Shown: positions 1 to 7,146 of the stretch, piece after piece
Layout of the letters: the number at the start of each line of letters is the position of its first letter
Position numbering within the stretch: the stretch's first letter is position 1
Translations under genes and position numbers: made by a program
Origin: a virus
Strand: one strand, 5' to 3'
UHGV virus genome: UHGV-0230427
DNA: 24,355 bases
Notes under the pieces: model-generated
Databases searched by the model: none
Seen by the model: the letters and a program-made list of their open reading frames with translations, nothing else
Told to the model about the DNA's origin: nothing

Positions 1-94
1 TGATTCAGGAAAAGGTACGCTCCATGATTTTGTCATATCTCACCTCAAATAAGTGGTTTGCTGCCTAATTTCATTTTCTGGCGACCAACACAAG

Positions 95-367
95 TCATCT
101 TGCTGTCAGTTGTTTGGATTTCCGGTAGCCTGCCGCGTAAAGAGCTACGTTCGGAAGACAAGTTGAGCCTTCATATTTTCTGGTCAACGTTGTCAGTGTT
201 ATTACTTCTGCTCTCATTGCTGGTTTGCGCTTGCATTGCAAGACCACTCGAGAGGGGGTTGGTCTGTGTAGCTTGTCGGAGCTAATCGCCTCCTGACTTT
301 GCAGGTTTGCGCGACGAGCTCTACGACGAGAAGCTGAGGTGCCTTTAAATTCTGTTTTTCTGGACAT
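95..367 (-). CDS. N: N-type transcription antitermination protein (P22 gene 24-like)
   Basis: Minus-strand ORF; C-terminus ...VALYAAGYRKSKQLTAR matches recalled P22 gp24 C-terminus; Arg-rich motif (SASRRRARRAN) directly after the proposed Met start; GGAGG RBS (rc of 373-378) 5 nt upstream of the ATG at 367. The ORF track extends to 451 but the RBS and ARM position favour 367. Confidence 0.6.
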   Translation of the reverse strand: MSRKTEFKGTSASRRRARRANLQSQEAISSDKLHRPTPSRVVLQCKRKPAMRAEVITLTTLTRKYEGSTCLPNVALYAAGYRKSKQLTAR

Positions 368-466
368 AGATTCCTCCCGAATAAACTTTGGTGATGCAAT
401 CTCGAAGCTCCTCCTGAGACGGTTGCTTCGGCATTGCATCCCACAGCTCATGTGGTTGTGTGATCT

Positions 467-511
467 GGCTTTTCAGCCACGTAGTCGAGAGTTCGACGTT
501 GTTTAAAGAGC
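467..511 (-). promoter_or_regulatory. nutL candidate: boxA-like GCTCTTTAAACAACG (rc of 497-511) and boxB-like hairpin GGCTGAAAAGCC (rc of 467-478)
   Basis: Lies between candidate pL and N; shares three blocks (GCTCTTT..AACAACG, CTACGT, GCTGAAAAGC) with the nutR candidate at 2724-2769 at nearly identical spacing. Confidence 0.5.
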
Positions 512-557
512 CTGCCAGTCTGTTCCGTTTGGCTTCCAGCGTCCTGCTGACGGTTAA

Positions 558-586
558 ATAGTACGATATGTACTTTATTGGGTAAA
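558..586 (-). promoter_or_regulatory. Candidate pL with overlapping operator (OL)
   Basis: Minus-strand reading gives -35 TTTACC (581-586), 17-bp spacer, -10 TACTAT (558-563). The spacer carries AAAGTACATATCGTACT (rc of 560-576), a 15/17 match to a site in OR (2453-2469) at the same position relative to the PR candidate. Confidence 0.4.
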
Positions 587-770
587 TACGATTTGTTCTA
601 AAATAGGGTGATTTTTATAACACTTTGTATTTAATAGTGTTGTTTTTTAGCGTGGGTGTATCGCCTCGGCGATGTAAGGAGAGATCAGAATTGCGTGGTT
701 TAGTGAGTTGTATCTATTTATTTTTCAATAAATACATTTGGTTATGTGTCTTTAGGTGGGGGCGTGAGGC

Positions 771-796
771 AAAGAAAACCCGGCGCTGAGGCCGGG
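771..796 (-). terminator. Rho-independent terminator downstream of the BRO-N/DinD-like gene
   Basis: Perfect 6-bp GC stem (779-784 pairs with 791-796), 6-nt loop, then a TTTTCTTT run on the minus strand (rc of 771-778); 9 nt after the stop of the 805-1647 ORF. Confidence 0.55.
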
Positions 797-804
797 GTAT
801 GCAT

Positions 805-1647
805 TTATGGTTTTTTTTGGTCGTGCTTTGCTAGGGCTTTATGAGTTTTCTTAATGCTGCTTCTAACTTTCTGAATTTTTTCTTGGGAAAGTTTTATGTT
901 TTCAGGGGCTGTTCCAGTGTTAGAAATCATTACATTGCGAACAGATCTCCCTACGGTCTCAGCAGCATTCTCTAGTTGAGACTGTCCCTTCAGGTTCTGG
1001 TTTCTGATTCTTGCTTCTGTCTGTGTAATTCTGAATATATTGGCCGCGAGCTCTTCGCTTCCCATGAAGTCAAGCATCGTTCCATCTTTTTTAGTTAGGC
1101 CTTTTCGAGCTTTCAACTGTGAGAGATTCATATTGTACATCCCACGGTAGCCCGCATTTTGAAATAGACCATAGTCGACTACTCCGTGTTTATGGGCTAC
1201 ATGACTGAGAGTTTTCTCTCTAGATGTAATCTCGCCACGCAAATAAACTCGATTAACTGCGTCATGGTTATGATATGTAGTGTGTATTTCTGCTGCGAGC
1301 CCAGCAAAATAAGCTTGTGCATTTGCAACTTTTTGATTGCTGATGTCACCATTCATTACAATCAGATAACAAGCGAAACGAGTTAATTTAAAGTCATTTT
1401 TCGCATTTTCTGAAGGCATCTGGATGAAGTTATCGTATACAGGGATATCGAGGCTCACACATACAGATGTAGCTTTGTTAATGGCTTTCAATATCTGATC
1501 CATGCCATTATATCCAAGCATCATCGCTAAATCAGATGCAAACCAATAGGTAACACCGTTTTCTCTAGCGAAATCATCAAATGTTAACTGTGATGTGTCA
1601 TCGAAAACAGTAATTTGCCTACTCATATCACACCCGAACTTACTCAT
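805..1647 (-). CDS. BRO-N domain / DNA-damage-inducible protein D (DinD)-like protein; accessory gene at the rex-equivalent position
   Basis: 280-aa ORF with no competing frame. N-terminus (ITVFDDTSQLTFDDFARENGVTYWFASDLAMMLGY) fits the BRO-N pattern; overall architecture recalls the DinD family (assignment from memory, unverified). Same strand as cI, immediately downstream of it, followed by a terminator. Confidence 0.85.
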   Translation of the reverse strand: MSKFGCDMSRQITVFDDTSQLTFDDFARENGVTYWFASDLAMMLGYNGMDQILKAINKATSVCVSLDIPVYDNFIQMPSENAKNDFKLTRFACYLIVMNGDISNQKVANAQAYFAGLAAEIHTTYHNHDAVNRVYLRGEITSREKTLSHVAHKHGVVDYGLFQNAGYRGMYNMNLSQLKARKGLTKKDGTMLDFMGSEELAANIFRITQTEARIRNQNLKGQSQLENAAETVGRSVRNVMISNTGTAPENIKLSQEKIQKVRSSIKKTHKALAKHDQKKP

Positions 1648-1727
1648 CGATTTTCCCTTATATTAATATAATGTGGATAGTTTGTCGCCAACTCGCTAAA
1701 GTTATTCATTATGAGGTTTGCCATCCA

Positions 1728-2387
1728 TCACCCAAACGTCTCTTCAGGCCACTGACTAGCGATAACTTTCCCCACAACGGAACAACTCTCATTGCATGGG
1801 ATCATTGGGTATTGTGGATTTAGTGGCTGTAGAAACACCTGACCGCTATCCCTGATCAGTTTCTTGAAGGTAAATTCATCACCACCAAGTCTGGCTATGC
1901 AGAAATCGCCGGGCTCAACAGCTTGCTCTGGGTCAACCAGAATTAACATCCCGTCAGGAAAACTAGGTTTGGAACCTGTTGGGGCGGTCATTGAGTTACC
2001 TTCAACCTCAAGCCAGAATGCAGAGTCACTGGCTTTTTTGGTTGTGCTTACCAATCTCTCCGCATCGCCTTTGGTAAAGGTTCTGAGTTCTGGAGAGAAC
2101 ATCCCAGCCTGAACATGAGAAAAAACAGGGTACTCATATTGTTTTTTAACTGGGGCCGATGAGTATTCGCCAACAGGTGAAAATGTCCCGTCGTGGTTGA
2201 ATGATATGTTATCAATACCAAGGTATTTAAACACCACACCAATATCACTAAGAGATGGATGACGAGATCCGCGCAACCAGTGTCCAATCCCACCCTGCGT
2301 CATACCTAGCTCTTCGGCTAACTTCTCTTGAGTTATGCCGAGCTCTTTCATTCTGGATCTAGCCAGTTCATACCATTTCATTTTCAT
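1728..2387 (-). CDS. cI: CI-type prophage repressor (lambda-like C-terminal autocleavage/dimerisation domain, distinct N-terminal HTH domain)
   Basis: C-terminal ~130 aa ([21 protein letters not shown]...[14 protein letters not shown]) matches recalled lambda CI; N-terminal domain ([40 protein letters not shown]) is a different HTH. Start placed at the ATG at 2385-2387 (an in-frame ATG at 2379-2381 is also possible); the ORF track's longer ORF to 2549 would run through the operator region. Confidence 0.9.
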   Translation of the reverse strand: MKMKWYELARSRMKELGITQEKLAEELGMTQGGIGHWLRGSRHPSLSDIGVVFKYLGIDNISFNHDGTFSPVGEYSSAPVKKQYEYPVFSHVQAGMFSPELRTFTKGDAERLVSTTKKASDSAFWLEVEGNSMTAPTGSKPSFPDGMLILVDPEQAVEPGDFCIARLGGDEFTFKKLIRDSGQVFLQPLNPQYPMIPCNESCSVVGKVIASQWPEETFG

Positions 2388-2497
2388 GTCCTTATTATTA
2401 CGCTCTGTATTGCAACCATCCATGCACAATGTGTATTTTTGCTTGCATTCAAAAAGTACATATTGTATTTTTTCTTCATGGTTACTATGGAGGGCAT
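2388..2497. promoter_or_regulatory. OR region: divergent PRM/PR with operator-like repeats; PR candidate -35 TTGCAT (2443-2448), -10 TATTTT (2466-2471)
   Basis: Intergenic between divergent cI and cro. AAAGTACATATTGTATT (2453-2469) is repeated 15/17 at the pL candidate; a related copy ACAATGTGTATTTTT lies at 2426-2440; GGAGG RBS at 2489-2493 precedes the cro ATG. Confidence 0.5.
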
Positions 2498-2713
2498 ATG
2501 AGCAACCTACGAAAATATCGAGAGTCACTGAATATCTCTCAAACAACACTTGCTAAGGCAGTTGGATGCACACAGGGAGCTATCGGACATTGGGAATCTG
2601 GTCGTCGCTTCCCAGACCTTAAAACATGCCGTGCTCTTGTTGCGTGTCTAAACAAGTTAGGCGCAAAAGTAAGTCTTGATGACGTGTTCCCGCCGGAGCA
2701 CAAAGCCGCTTAA
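2498..2713 (+). CDS. cro: Cro-like small HTH repressor
   Basis: 71-aa ORF divergent from cI with GGAGG RBS; HTH-like segment ([23 protein letters not shown]); position equivalent to lambda cro. The ORF track's upstream extension (2429) lacks an RBS and overlaps the operators. Confidence 0.75.
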   Translation: MSNLRKYRESLNISQTTLAKAVGCTQGAIGHWESGRRFPDLKTCRALVACLNKLGAKVSLDDVFPPEHKAA

Positions 2714-2723
2714 TAAGCGGAGC

Positions 2724-2769
2724 CGCTCTTTGTAACAACGGACATTCGTCCTACGTCGCTGAAAAGCGA
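2724..2769 (+). promoter_or_regulatory. nutR candidate: boxA-like CGCTCTTTGTAACAACG (2724-2740) and boxB-like hairpin TCGCTGAAAAGCGA (2756-2769)
   Basis: Between cro and cII; same block structure and spacing as the nutL candidate; the small hairpin between the boxes (GGAC..GTCC here, TCGA..TCGA in nutL) is preserved by compensatory changes. Confidence 0.5.
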
Positions 2770-2854
2770 GCCCCAAGATATCTGACCAACTAAGGCCATA
2801 TGCGTTTCCACGCATACCTTTCAACTAACTATTCACTATTGGAAATCTTAAGAA

Positions 2855-3151
2855 ATGGAACAAACAAGTTACAGCAAACTATCACAGCGTGACGTTGATC
2901 GCGCAGAAACAGATTTACTCATCAACCTGTCAACGCTTACCCAGCGTGGTCTGGCAAAGATGATTGGCTGTCATGAATCGAAGATAAGCAGAACGGACTG
3001 GCGGTTTATTGCTTCGGTCTTGTGTGCTTTCGGAATGGCATCAGACATCAGTCCAATTAGCAGGGCTTTTAAGTATGCGCTTGATGGAATCACAAAGAAA
3101 AAACGCCCGGCGGCAACCGAGCGTTCTGAACAAATCCAGATGGAGTTCTGA
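2855..3151 (+). CDS. cII: CII transcriptional activator
   Basis: 98-aa ORF; C-terminus KKRPAATERSEQIQMEF matches recalled lambda CII; internal HTH-like segment; position between cro and O. Confidence 0.9.
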   Translation: MEQTSYSKLSQRDVDRAETDLLINLSTLTQRGLAKMIGCHESKISRTDWRFIASVLCAFGMASDISPISRAFKYALDGITKKKRPAATERSEQIQMEF

Positions 3152-3183
3152 GGTCATTACTGGATCTATCAACAGGAGTCATT

Positions 3184-4083
3184 ATGACAAATACAGCAAA
3201 AATACTCAACTTCGGCAGAGGTAACTTTGCCGGACAGGAGCGTAATGTGGCAGATCTCGATGATGGTTACGCCAGACTATCAAATATGCTGCTTGAGGCT
3301 TATTCAGGCGCAGATCTGACCAAGCGACAGTTTAAAGTGCTGCTTGCCATTCTGCGTAAAACCTATGGGTGGAATAAACCAATGGACAGAATCACCGATT
3401 CTCAACTTAGCGAGATTACAAAGTTACCCGTCAAACGGTGCAATGAAGCCAAGTTAGAACTCGTCAGAATGAATATTATCAAGCAGCAAGGCGGCATGTT
3501 TGGACCAAATAAAAACATCTCAGAATGGTGTATCCCTCAAAACGAGGGAAAATCCCCTAAAACGAGGGATAAAACATCCCTCAAATTGGGGGATTGCTAT
3601 CCCTCAAAACAGGGGGACACAAAAGACACTATTACAAAAGAAAAAAGAAAAGATTATTCGTCCGAGAATTCTGGCGAATCCTCTGACCAGCCAGAAAACG
3701 ATCTTTCTGTGGTTAAACCGGATGCTGCAATTCAGAGCGGCAGCAAGTGGGGAACAGCAGAAGACCTGACCGCCGCAGAGTGGATGTTTGACATGGTGAA
3801 GACCATCGCGCCATCAGCCAGAAAACCGAATTTTGCTGGGTGGGCTAACGATATCCGCCTGATGCGTGAACGTGACGGACGTAACCACCGCGATATGTGT
3901 GTGCTTTTCCGCTGGGCCTGCCAGGACAACTTCTGGTCCGGTAACGTGCTGAGTCCGGCCAAACTCCGCGACAAGTGGACCCAGCTCGAAATCAACCGTA
4001 ACAAGCAACAGGCAGGCGTGACAGCCAGCAAACCAAAACTCGACCTGACAAACACTGACTGGATTTACGGGGTGGATTTATGA
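3184..4083 (+). CDS. O: Replication initiator protein O
   Basis: 299-aa protein near-identical over its length to recalled lambda O (MTNTAKILNFGRGNFAGQERNVADLDDGYARLSNMLLEAYSG...); AGGAG RBS; contains the ori iterons. Confidence 0.95.
   Translation: MTNTAKILNFGRGNFAGQERNVADLDDGYARLSNMLLEAYSGADLTKRQFKVLLAILRKTYGWNKPMDRITDSQLSEITKLPVKRCNEAKLELVRMNIIKQQGGMFGPNKNISEWCIPQNEGKSPKTRDKTSLKLGDCYPSKQGDTKDTITKEKRKDYSSENSGESSDQPENDLSVVKPDAAIQSGSKWGTAEDLTAAEWMFDMVKTIAPSARKPNFAGWANDIRLMRERDGRNHRDMCVLFRWACQDNFWSGNVLSPAKLRDKWTQLEINRNKQQAGVTASKPKLDLTNTDWIYGVDL
3531..3660 (+). repeat. ori-lambda: four direct iterons (3531-3618) followed by an AT-rich unwinding region (3619-3660), inside O
   Basis: Repeated units ATCCCTCAAAACGAGGGA / ATCCCCTAAAACGAGGGA / ATCCCTCAAATTGGGGGA / ATCCCTCAAAACAGGGGGA, each with internal dyad symmetry, then an A-rich tract (ACAAAAGAAAAAAGAAAAG). 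Confidence 0.85.
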
Positions 4084-4781
4084 AAAACATCGCCGCACAG
4101 ATGGTTAACTTTGACCGTGAGCAGATGCGTCGGATCGCCAACAACATGCCGGAACAGTACGACGAAAAGCCGCAGGTACAACAGGTAGCGCAGATCATCA
4201 ACGGTGTGTTCAGCCAGTTACTGGCAACTTTCCCGGCGAGCCTGGCTAACCGTGACCAGAACGAACTGAACGAAATCCGCCGCCAGTGGGTTCTGGCTTT
4301 CCGGGAAAACGGGATCACCACAATGGAACAGGTTAACGCAGGAATGCGCGTAGCCCGTCGGCAGAATCGACCATTTCTGCCATCACCCGGGCAGTTTGTT
4401 GCATGGTGCCGGGAAGAAGCATCCGTTATCGCCGGACTGCCAAACGTCAGCGAGCTGGTTGATATGGTTTACGAGTATTGCCGGAAGCGAGGCCTGTATC
4501 CGGATGCGGAGTCTTATCCGTGGAAATCAAACGCGCACTACTGGCTGGTTACCAACCTGTATCAGAACATGCGGGCCAATGCGCTTACTGATGCGGAATT
4601 ACGCCGTAAGGCCGCAGATGAGCTTGTCCATATGACTGCGAGAATTAACCGTGGTGAGTCGATCCCTGAACCAGTAAAACAACTTCCTGTCATGGGCGGT
4701 AGACCTCTAAATCGTGCACAGGCTCTGGCGAAGATCGCAGAACTCAAAGCTAAGTTCGGACTGAAAGGAGCAAGTGTATGA
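4080..4781 (+). CDS. P: Replication protein P (DnaB helicase loader)
   Basis: 233-aa protein matching recalled lambda P; start overlaps the O stop (ATGA coupling). Confidence 0.95.
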   Translation: MKNIAAQMVNFDREQMRRIANNMPEQYDEKPQVQQVAQIINGVFSQLLATFPASLANRDQNELNEIRRQWVLAFRENGITTMEQVNAGMRVARRQNRPFLPSPGQFVAWCREEASVIAGLPNVSELVDMVYEYCRKRGLYPDAESYPWKSNAHYWLVTNLYQNMRANALTDAELRRKAADELVHMTARINRGESIPEPVKQLPVMGGRPLNRAQALAKIAELKAKFGLKGASV

Positions 4782-5068
4782 CGGGCAAAGAGGCAATTAT
4801 TCATTACCTGGGGACGCATAATAGCTTCTGTGCGCCGGACGTTGCCGCGCTAACAGGCGCAACAGTAACCAGCATAAATCAGGCCGCGGCTAAAATGGCA
4901 CGGGCAGGTCTTCTGGTTATCGAAGGTAAGGTCTGGCGAACGGTGTATTACCGGTTTGCTACCAAGGAAGAACGGGAAGGAAAGATGAGCACGAACCTAA
5001 TTTTTAAGGAGTGTCGCCAGAGTGCCGCGATGAAACGGGTATTGGCGGTATATGGAGTTAAAAGATGA
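4778..5068 (+). CDS. ren: Ren protein
   Basis: 96-aa ORF overlapping the P stop; sequence (MTGKEAIIHYLGTHNSFCAPDVAALTGATVTSINQAAAKMARAGL...) matches recalled lambda Ren. Confidence 0.85.
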   Translation: MTGKEAIIHYLGTHNSFCAPDVAALTGATVTSINQAAAKMARAGLLVIEGKVWRTVYYRFATKEEREGKMSTNLIFKECRQSAAMKRVLAVYGVKR

Positions 5069-5093
5069 CCATCTACATCACTGAGCTAATAAC

Positions 5094-5125
5094 AGGCCTG
5101 CTGGTAATCGCAGGCCTTTTTATTT
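5094..5125 (+). terminator. tR2-like Rho-independent terminator
   Basis: Perfect 8-bp stem AGGCCTGC (5094-5101) pairing with GCAGGCCT (5110-5117), 8-nt loop, followed by TTTTTATT; 25 nt after the ren stop, the expected place for tR2. Confidence 0.6.
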
Positions 5126-5140
5126 GGGGGAGAGTAAATC

Positions 5141-5467
5141 GTGGCTGACTGGCAAATACCAATCATCATTCTTGCCGGAGCTTCGCTGGTTGCTGGCTTT
5201 ATCCTGCTGAAGAAGCATAAAGACCGTGATCAAAAAGTCGAAGTTCTCTATGGGTATCCGGCGAACAGCACAACATGGCTGACTATTTACCACTACCGAA
5301 AATCAGGCCGTTGGGTATTCGAATGGGATGATCTGTTTGCTGAAAAGCGACCAAAGTCATGGGGAGACATCAGCGAATGCATGATGTTTGAAGAAAGAAA
5401 ATCCGGCGCAACCCGAGAAGAGTTTAACGAAGTGTGGAGGCGATTAAGTGAGAGGGGGTATCAATGA
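5141..5467 (+). CDS. Hypothetical small membrane protein (GTG start)
   Basis: 108-aa ORF; GGGGGAGAG RBS-like run at 5125-5133; predicted N-terminal transmembrane helix (IPIIILAGASLVAGFILL) followed by a basic stretch; no lambda counterpart recalled at this position. Confidence 0.5.
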   Translation: MADWQIPIIILAGASLVAGFILLKKHKDRDQKVEVLYGYPANSTTWLTIYHYRKSGRWVFEWDDLFAEKRPKSWGDISECMMFEERKSGATREEFNEVWRRLSERGYQ

Positions 5468-5489
5468 GCAGAATTAAGTCGAGGTAACA

Positions 5490-5936
5490 ATGAAGCAAAT
5501 ATACATGCTTCGCAACGAAGCAATCAGAAACAACGCCATAGACGCAATACTCTCACTTCCGATCGACGACAAGTCACCTCACGAAGTCCACATTAAAGAA
5601 CCCAGGCGGAGCAATCCTCAAAACCGCCTTATGTGGGCGTTATTGCAGGACGTATCACGTCAGGTGCTTTGGCATGGAAAGAGACTTGCGCCGGAGGACT
5701 GGAAAGATCTGTTCACTGCCCTGTGGCTTAAGACCAAAAAACTGGAGCAACGAAGTGCGCCTGGTATCGACGGTGGCGTTGTCATGCTTGGCGTGCGTAC
5801 CAGCAAAATGCGAAAGGCCAGCATGACTGAGCTTATCGAAATCATGTTCTGGTTCGGCTCAGAGCGCAACGTGCGGTGGAGTGATGACTCCCGGCGAGAG
5901 TATGAATGGTCACAACGAAAAGGTAGGGCTGCATGA
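5490..5936 (+). CDS. ninB: NinB (Orf-family recombination mediator)
   Basis: 148-aa ORF with motifs recalled from lambda NinB (QNRLMWALLQDVSRQVLWHGKRL...WSDDSRREYEW); first gene of the nin region. Confidence 0.8.
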   Translation: MKQIYMLRNEAIRNNAIDAILSLPIDDKSPHEVHIKEPRRSNPQNRLMWALLQDVSRQVLWHGKRLAPEDWKDLFTALWLKTKKLEQRSAPGIDGGVVMLGVRTSKMRKASMTELIEIMFWFGSERNVRWSDDSRREYEWSQRKGRAA

Positions 5937-6460
5937 CTATCAAATCAAATACGCCAGCACACGACAAGGACTGCTGGCAAACGCCGCTTTGGCTTTTTGA
6001 TGCACTGGATATTGAGTTTGGATTCTGGCTGGATTCGGCAGCGAGCGACAAAAATGCTCTGTGCGCTCACTGGCTAACTGAGGCTGACGACGCGCTAAAT
6101 TCTGAGTGGGTAAGCCACGGTGCAATCTGGAATAACCCACCGTACAGCAATATCAGGCCGTGGGTGGAAAAAGCCGCTGAGCAGTGTATACAACAACGAC
6201 AGACGGTAGTGATGCTTGTGCCAGAGGATATGTCAGTCGGATGGTTCAGCAAGGCTCTGGAGAGTGTCGACGAAGTTCGTATTATCACTGATGGACGGAT
6301 TAATTTTGTCGAACCATCGACAGGACTGGAGAAGAAGGGAAACAGCAAAGGTTCCATGCTGCTGATTTGGCGACCGTTCATCAGTTCTCGACGGATGTTT
6401 ACTACTGTATCCAAAGCGGCATTGATGGCGATCGGGCAGGGCGTCAGGAGGGCAGCATGA
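5933..6460 (+). CDS. Phage N6-adenine DNA methyltransferase (Dam-like, orphan)
   Basis: 175-aa ORF with NPPY catalytic motif (IWNNPPYSN) and size typical of the phage Dam-type N6-adenine MTase family; overlaps ninB stop and ninE start; no adjacent restriction endonuclease gene. Confidence 0.8.
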   Translation: MTIKSNTPAHDKDCWQTPLWLFDALDIEFGFWLDSAASDKNALCAHWLTEADDALNSEWVSHGAIWNNPPYSNIRPWVEKAAEQCIQQRQTVVMLVPEDMSVGWFSKALESVDEVRIITDGRINFVEPSTGLEKKGNSKGSMLLIWRPFISSRRMFTTVSKAALMAIGQGVRRAA

Positions 6461-6633
6461 GACGACAGCGACGAAGTTTCACCGACATCATCTGCGAAAA
6501 CTGCAAATACCTTCCAACGAAACGCTACAGAAATAAACGCAAGCCAATCCCAAAAGAATCTGACGTAAAAACCTTCAACTACACGGCTCACCTGTGGGAT
6601 ATCCGGTGGCTAAGACATCGTGCGAGGAAATGA
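6457..6633 (+). CDS. ninE: NinE
   Basis: 58-aa product [58 protein letters not shown] matches recalled lambda NinE; ATG at 6457 overlaps the methyltransferase stop. Confidence 0.8.
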   Translation: MRRQRRSFTDIICENCKYLPTKRYRNKRKPIPKESDVKTFNYTAHLWDIRWLRHRARK

Positions 6634-6635
6634 CA

Positions 6636-6977
6636 ATGGATTATTCACAGTTAAGTGATTTTGAAATTAACAGAATGGTAGGAGACATAATTTTTAAAGG
6701 CCTTTGGGCATGTAAACCGGAAACATCAGGGAATAACACCAACAAATGGTATTACGGAAATGCTGATACAACTTTTGAGCCATTAAACCCTTTGCCTGAC
6801 TACTGCAATGATCCTAGCGCCTCATGGCCGATTATTGAGAAATACAGGATTTCTATCTTAGACCAGTTAACTGAATGGTGTGTGGATGCAAAAGGCGTAA
6901 GCCCAATATTTGATACCAGACCTCTCCGCGCCGCCATGATTGTCTTTCTCCTGATGCAGGACGCCAATAATGCTTAG
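6636..6977 (+). CDS. Hypothetical nin-region protein
   Basis: ORF with GAGGA RBS (6624-6628) 7 nt before the ATG at 6636 (alternative ATG at 6630); translationally coupled to neighbours; no function recognised. Confidence 0.6.
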   Translation: MDYSQLSDFEINRMVGDIIFKGLWACKPETSGNNTNKWYYGNADTTFEPLNPLPDYCNDPSASWPIIEKYRISILDQLTEWCVDAKGVSPIFDTRPLRAAMIVFLLMQDANNA

Positions 6978-7146
6978 CCCATCCCAATCCCTCCAATACC
7001 AGAAAGAAAGCGTCGAGCGGGCTTTAACGTGCGCTAACTGCGGTCAGAAGCTGCATGTGCTGGAATTTCACGTGTGTGAGCACTGCTGCGCAGAAGTGAT
7101 GAGCGATCCGAATAGCTCAATGTACGAGGAAGAAGACGATGAATGA
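6970..7146 (+). CDS. ninF: NinF
   Basis: 58-codon ORF (below the ORF-track cutoff) translated by hand: [58 protein letters not shown], matching recalled lambda NinF including the CxxC...CxxC motif. Confidence 0.65.
   Translation: MLSPSQSLQYQKESVERALTCANCGQKLHVLEFHVCEHCCAEVMSDPNSSMYEEEDDE

Noticed and set aside
58-451. Plus-strand 75-aa ORF (58-285), minus-strand 76-aa ORF (214-444) and the longer 118-aa version of N starting at 451
   Set aside because: All overlap the N frame; only the start at 367 has a strong GGAGG RBS and places the Arg-rich motif at the N-terminus as in known N proteins.
1648-1727. Searched the spacer upstream of the DinD-like gene for a LexA box (CTGT-N8-ACAG), since E. 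coli dinD is SOS-regulated
   Set aside because: No CTG...CAG dyad with appropriate spacing is present on either strand; SOS regulation of this copy is not supported by sequence.
2388-2549. N-terminal extension of the repressor ORF to 2549 as given in the ORF track
   Set aside because: The extension would cover the operator/promoter region and has no RBS; the HTH domain and an AAGGA RBS begin at the internal Met at 2387.
2706-2720. Perfect 15-bp palindrome CCGCTTAATAAGCGG spanning the cro stop codon
   Set aside because: Could be a protein-binding site or a mini-hairpin, but it is short, AT-rich at the centre, has no second copy in the window, and sits just before nutR; treated as incidental without further evidence.
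2770-2854. Possible tR1 terminator between nutR and cII (hairpin ATGCGT..ACGCAT near 2799-2814)
   Set aside because: Short stem with no U-tract; tR1 in lambda is Rho-dependent and cannot be located confidently from sequence alone.
3500-3769. 89-aa alternative-frame ORF across the ori iterons, and the possibility that the iterons are a CRISPR-like array
   Set aside because: The repeats are four contiguous ~19-bp iterons with no spacers, inside the O frame and followed by an AT-rich tract, which is the ori-lambda architecture; the alternative frame is a by-product of the repeat.
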